Part shown: positions 61,701 to 64,000 of the stretch, one piece after another | How the letters are laid out: every line of letters begins with the position of its first letter | How positions within the stretch are numbered: position 1 is the stretch's first letter | DNA from: Penicillus capitatus | Taxonomy: Eukaryota > Plantae > Chlorophyta | Length of the DNA stretch: 64,000 nt | NCBI GenBank assembly: GCA_965649825.1 | Contig: OZ287697.1 | Coordinates: forward strand, 1,350,351-1,414,350 | Direction: 5' to 3' | The notes under the pieces: model-generated | Seen by the model: the letters and a program-made list of their open reading frames with translations, nothing else | Database searches by the model: none | Told to the model about the DNA's origin: nothing | Position numbers and translations under genes: made by a program

Positions 61701-64000
61701 ATGGGTATCAATTCATCAAGACTGCTCTGCAGTGGCTGCATTCTGATCGACAACAAAGCAAGACGTGGCGGAGCCATCTTCTTCAAGTATAATGACACGC
61801 AATCTATTTCCATGCAATTAGACAACAGCATTCTCCAGAACAACTCAGCTGAGTATGGAGGTACTTATGATAAGAATATCAGAAAAAAGCTTCACAGTCT
61901 TCTTCACTTAGGAGGGATTCAGATTGCTGCCGAAACGTTGTCCTTGTTGCAGAACTGTCGGACGGAACATGATGAATGTAGAGTTGTTGCTATGGCGAAC
62001 ACCTCGCTGATGGATAACAGAGCAAGGTCGGCAGGTGGTGCTATCTTTATTGACACAGTTGCTGGTCTCCGGCTGAACTGCTCAGATAGATCGAAAGAGG
62101 AGGAACTGCAATTCTTTTCGAAAGAACAGTGGATGTCTATGAGGCGCCTGGTATCTATCTACGACATCTGCCCATCCTGGAAAAACAACACAGCTGAGAG
62201 ATATGGACGGGATGTGGCGACCTCCGCATTCGGTATGCGGAAGGAGATTGCTGATGAACAGACAGGATTGCCGCGTTCGGTGAACGGAAATAATTACACC
62301 ATACACAACCACAGAAGCGGAAAACCAATTCCCGTGATCAGTCTAACACTAGTGGATGAGCTCGGACAAGGCCCGGTTGTTGGGGAGAACAACGAGACCA
62401 TCAAGGCTGTGATGTCTTCGCCGGATGGATTCTTTACTGGAAGTGTTAGCAGGCCTCTGGGCATCGAAAGCGCGAATTTCAATGCCACTGGCTTCGTAAA
62501 GCCTGGAGTGTACAAAGTTAAGATTGAGTTCGAAGGAACAGACCTGGAGAGCTTCGAGATCACTGTGGAGGTTAAGCCGTGTGAAATGGGTGAAGTTCCT
62601 TCTGGAAACGGGACGTTCTGTGAATCTTGCAACGCTGTCTCTTTTAATTTTTCTCCGGAAGAGGATCTGGAATGCCATCCGTGTCCAGAGAATGGAGACT
62701 GTAGCAGTCAAGTCATCCTGCCAAACAAAGGGTATTGGCATCGAACTCCTTGCTCGGAGCGCGTCCAAAGATGTCTGACAACAGAAGCGTGTGACAGTGA
62801 CAATCGTGAGGACGAGTTAGCAGAACTCACACAAGATGTGGAATCCTGTGACTTTAATGAACAGTACCTGCAGAACTACACAGAGGCGCAGTGCAGAGAG
62901 GTGCGCTTCAAGTTTGACTGAAAACTGCTATCAAGTGTCGTTGGGATTTCAGGGGCATGAAGGGGCACTATGTGGATCCTGCAAGGAATCTTACGGCAAG
63001 TCCCACTCTCATCTTTGCGAAGAATGTCGATCAGATGCTGCTGATGTCGTCTTAGTCGTTCTGTCATTTCTTGTCTTATTAGGCTTATCCAGCATCACCA
63101 TCAGAAGTAACCTCATCTCTGTGTCTTCATCGCAGCAGGGACAGCAAAGGCAAACTACTCCTCAGTTTTCGGCTGCCTCCACCAGCACCCACACAGTTCC
63201 AGCAGAGAGGAGAATAGAATTGGCAGTCATGAAAGATATCACAGAAGAAGGCTCGACTTCTGATCGCAGTCAAGAAGCTGGTACTGGTCAGCCTTCTAAA
63301 GATGCAGAGCTCTCCAAATGGAAGGCAATTGAGCTCTTAAAGGTAACTCTTTCCTCTGTCACATGTTGTGTCCATTCATTATGACTGTTCTGCAGATTAC
63401 AGTGAACTTTTTGCAGGTCACAGCCATAGCTGTGGCAATCGATGCTCAGTGGACATTCGCATTAATCGCACTTTTCCGTACTGCAGGTAAGTAAACAACG
63501 ACTCTGCACGAAAGTTTCTGAACATGTCGTCTGTGATGCAGAGTTCGTTAGTGCCATCACATCGGAAGCCGTCAATCGTTCTGTCGACTGCCTTATCCCA
63601 GCAGGAACGCATCTGCAGCGATCAGTCGCCAGTACACTGGTAGATGCATCGCAGCCGATTGCATGCATCCTTGTCTTTATCGTTTTCTGGCTGGCGATCA
63701 AGATCAGACGTCGCAAGTCATGGATGTATCTGGTGAGGGAGTGTGTCCTCAGCACCCTCGTCGTCTTTTACGTCAGTTACATCTCCATCACCAAGACACT
63801 CATCAACATCTTTAACTGTGTCGAAGTCCACGATTCAGCAACAGTTGGAATCGATGAGACAACAAACTACTGGGCAGTGGACACCGGCGTCGAGTGCTAC
63901 GAGGGATCCCATGCCGCACTGGCCTATCTGTTGGCGTGGCCATTCCTCGTCATCTTTACTTTTGGATTTCCACTCTCTGTCGCATTCCTCGTCGCAAAGA
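58752..64000 (+). CDS. R8: Pmp-like beta-helix / Cys-rich / multi-TM surface receptor-like protein, 3' end outside window
   Basis: Signal peptide MRRRLLGLLLTCVVFRTNA. Introns 59131-59194, 59511-59563, 61861-61911, 62901-62952, plus the two conserved TM-region introns. Frame still open at 64000. Confidence 0.9.
60510..61445. repeat. 312-bp (104-aa, 4-rung) tandem duplication in the R8 beta-helix exon
   Basis: Anchor [GA][AG]TGCATC[AT]ACATCTGGCGG recurs at 60510, 60822, 61134 and 61443. The first two units are near-identical. Confidence 0.9.

Noticed and set aside
1-64000. Bacterial (chlamydial) Pmp autotransporter locus or bacterial contig
   Set aside because: Conserved spliceosomal introns, alpha-helical multi-TM C-termini instead of an autotransporter beta-barrel, and LTR retroelements show it is eukaryotic.

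Overview
Eukaryotic genomic DNA (about 52% GC, standard genetic code, very short 46-67 nt spliceosomal introns). Host taxon cannot be read from the sequence; a green alga is a plausible inference. The window is dominated by a tandem array of eight paralogous giant cell-surface receptor-like genes (R1-R8; R1 5'-truncated and R8 3'-truncated by the window edges). Shared architecture: signal peptide, low-complexity pro-segment ending in R-x-[LV]-x-Q, a conserved ~110-aa cap exon, one large exon of Pmp-like GG[AG][IVL]/FxxN beta-helix repeats (~26 aa per rung), a stalk, a Cys-rich CxPCP[ED]NGxC...YWH...C region, and a ~9-TM membrane domain with YWE..RK and P[YF]...LN.LE motifs. Six intron positions are conserved across paralogs. 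The array shows signs of active diversification: ectodomain/membrane-module swapping (R1 = R6-type ectodomain + R7-type membrane module), whole-rung (78-nt multiple) expansions and contractions, a 30-bp repeat expansion in a loop of R7, and one nonsense-disabled copy (R6). Two intergenic gaps carry a family of short, Gag-like-only LTR retroelements: two complete ~1.7-kb copies with 5-bp TSDs, two solo LTRs with TSDs, and two partial inverted LTR remnants interleaved with related 26-bp and 27-bp GTAC-rich minisatellites. No rRNA, tRNA gene or CRISPR array was found.
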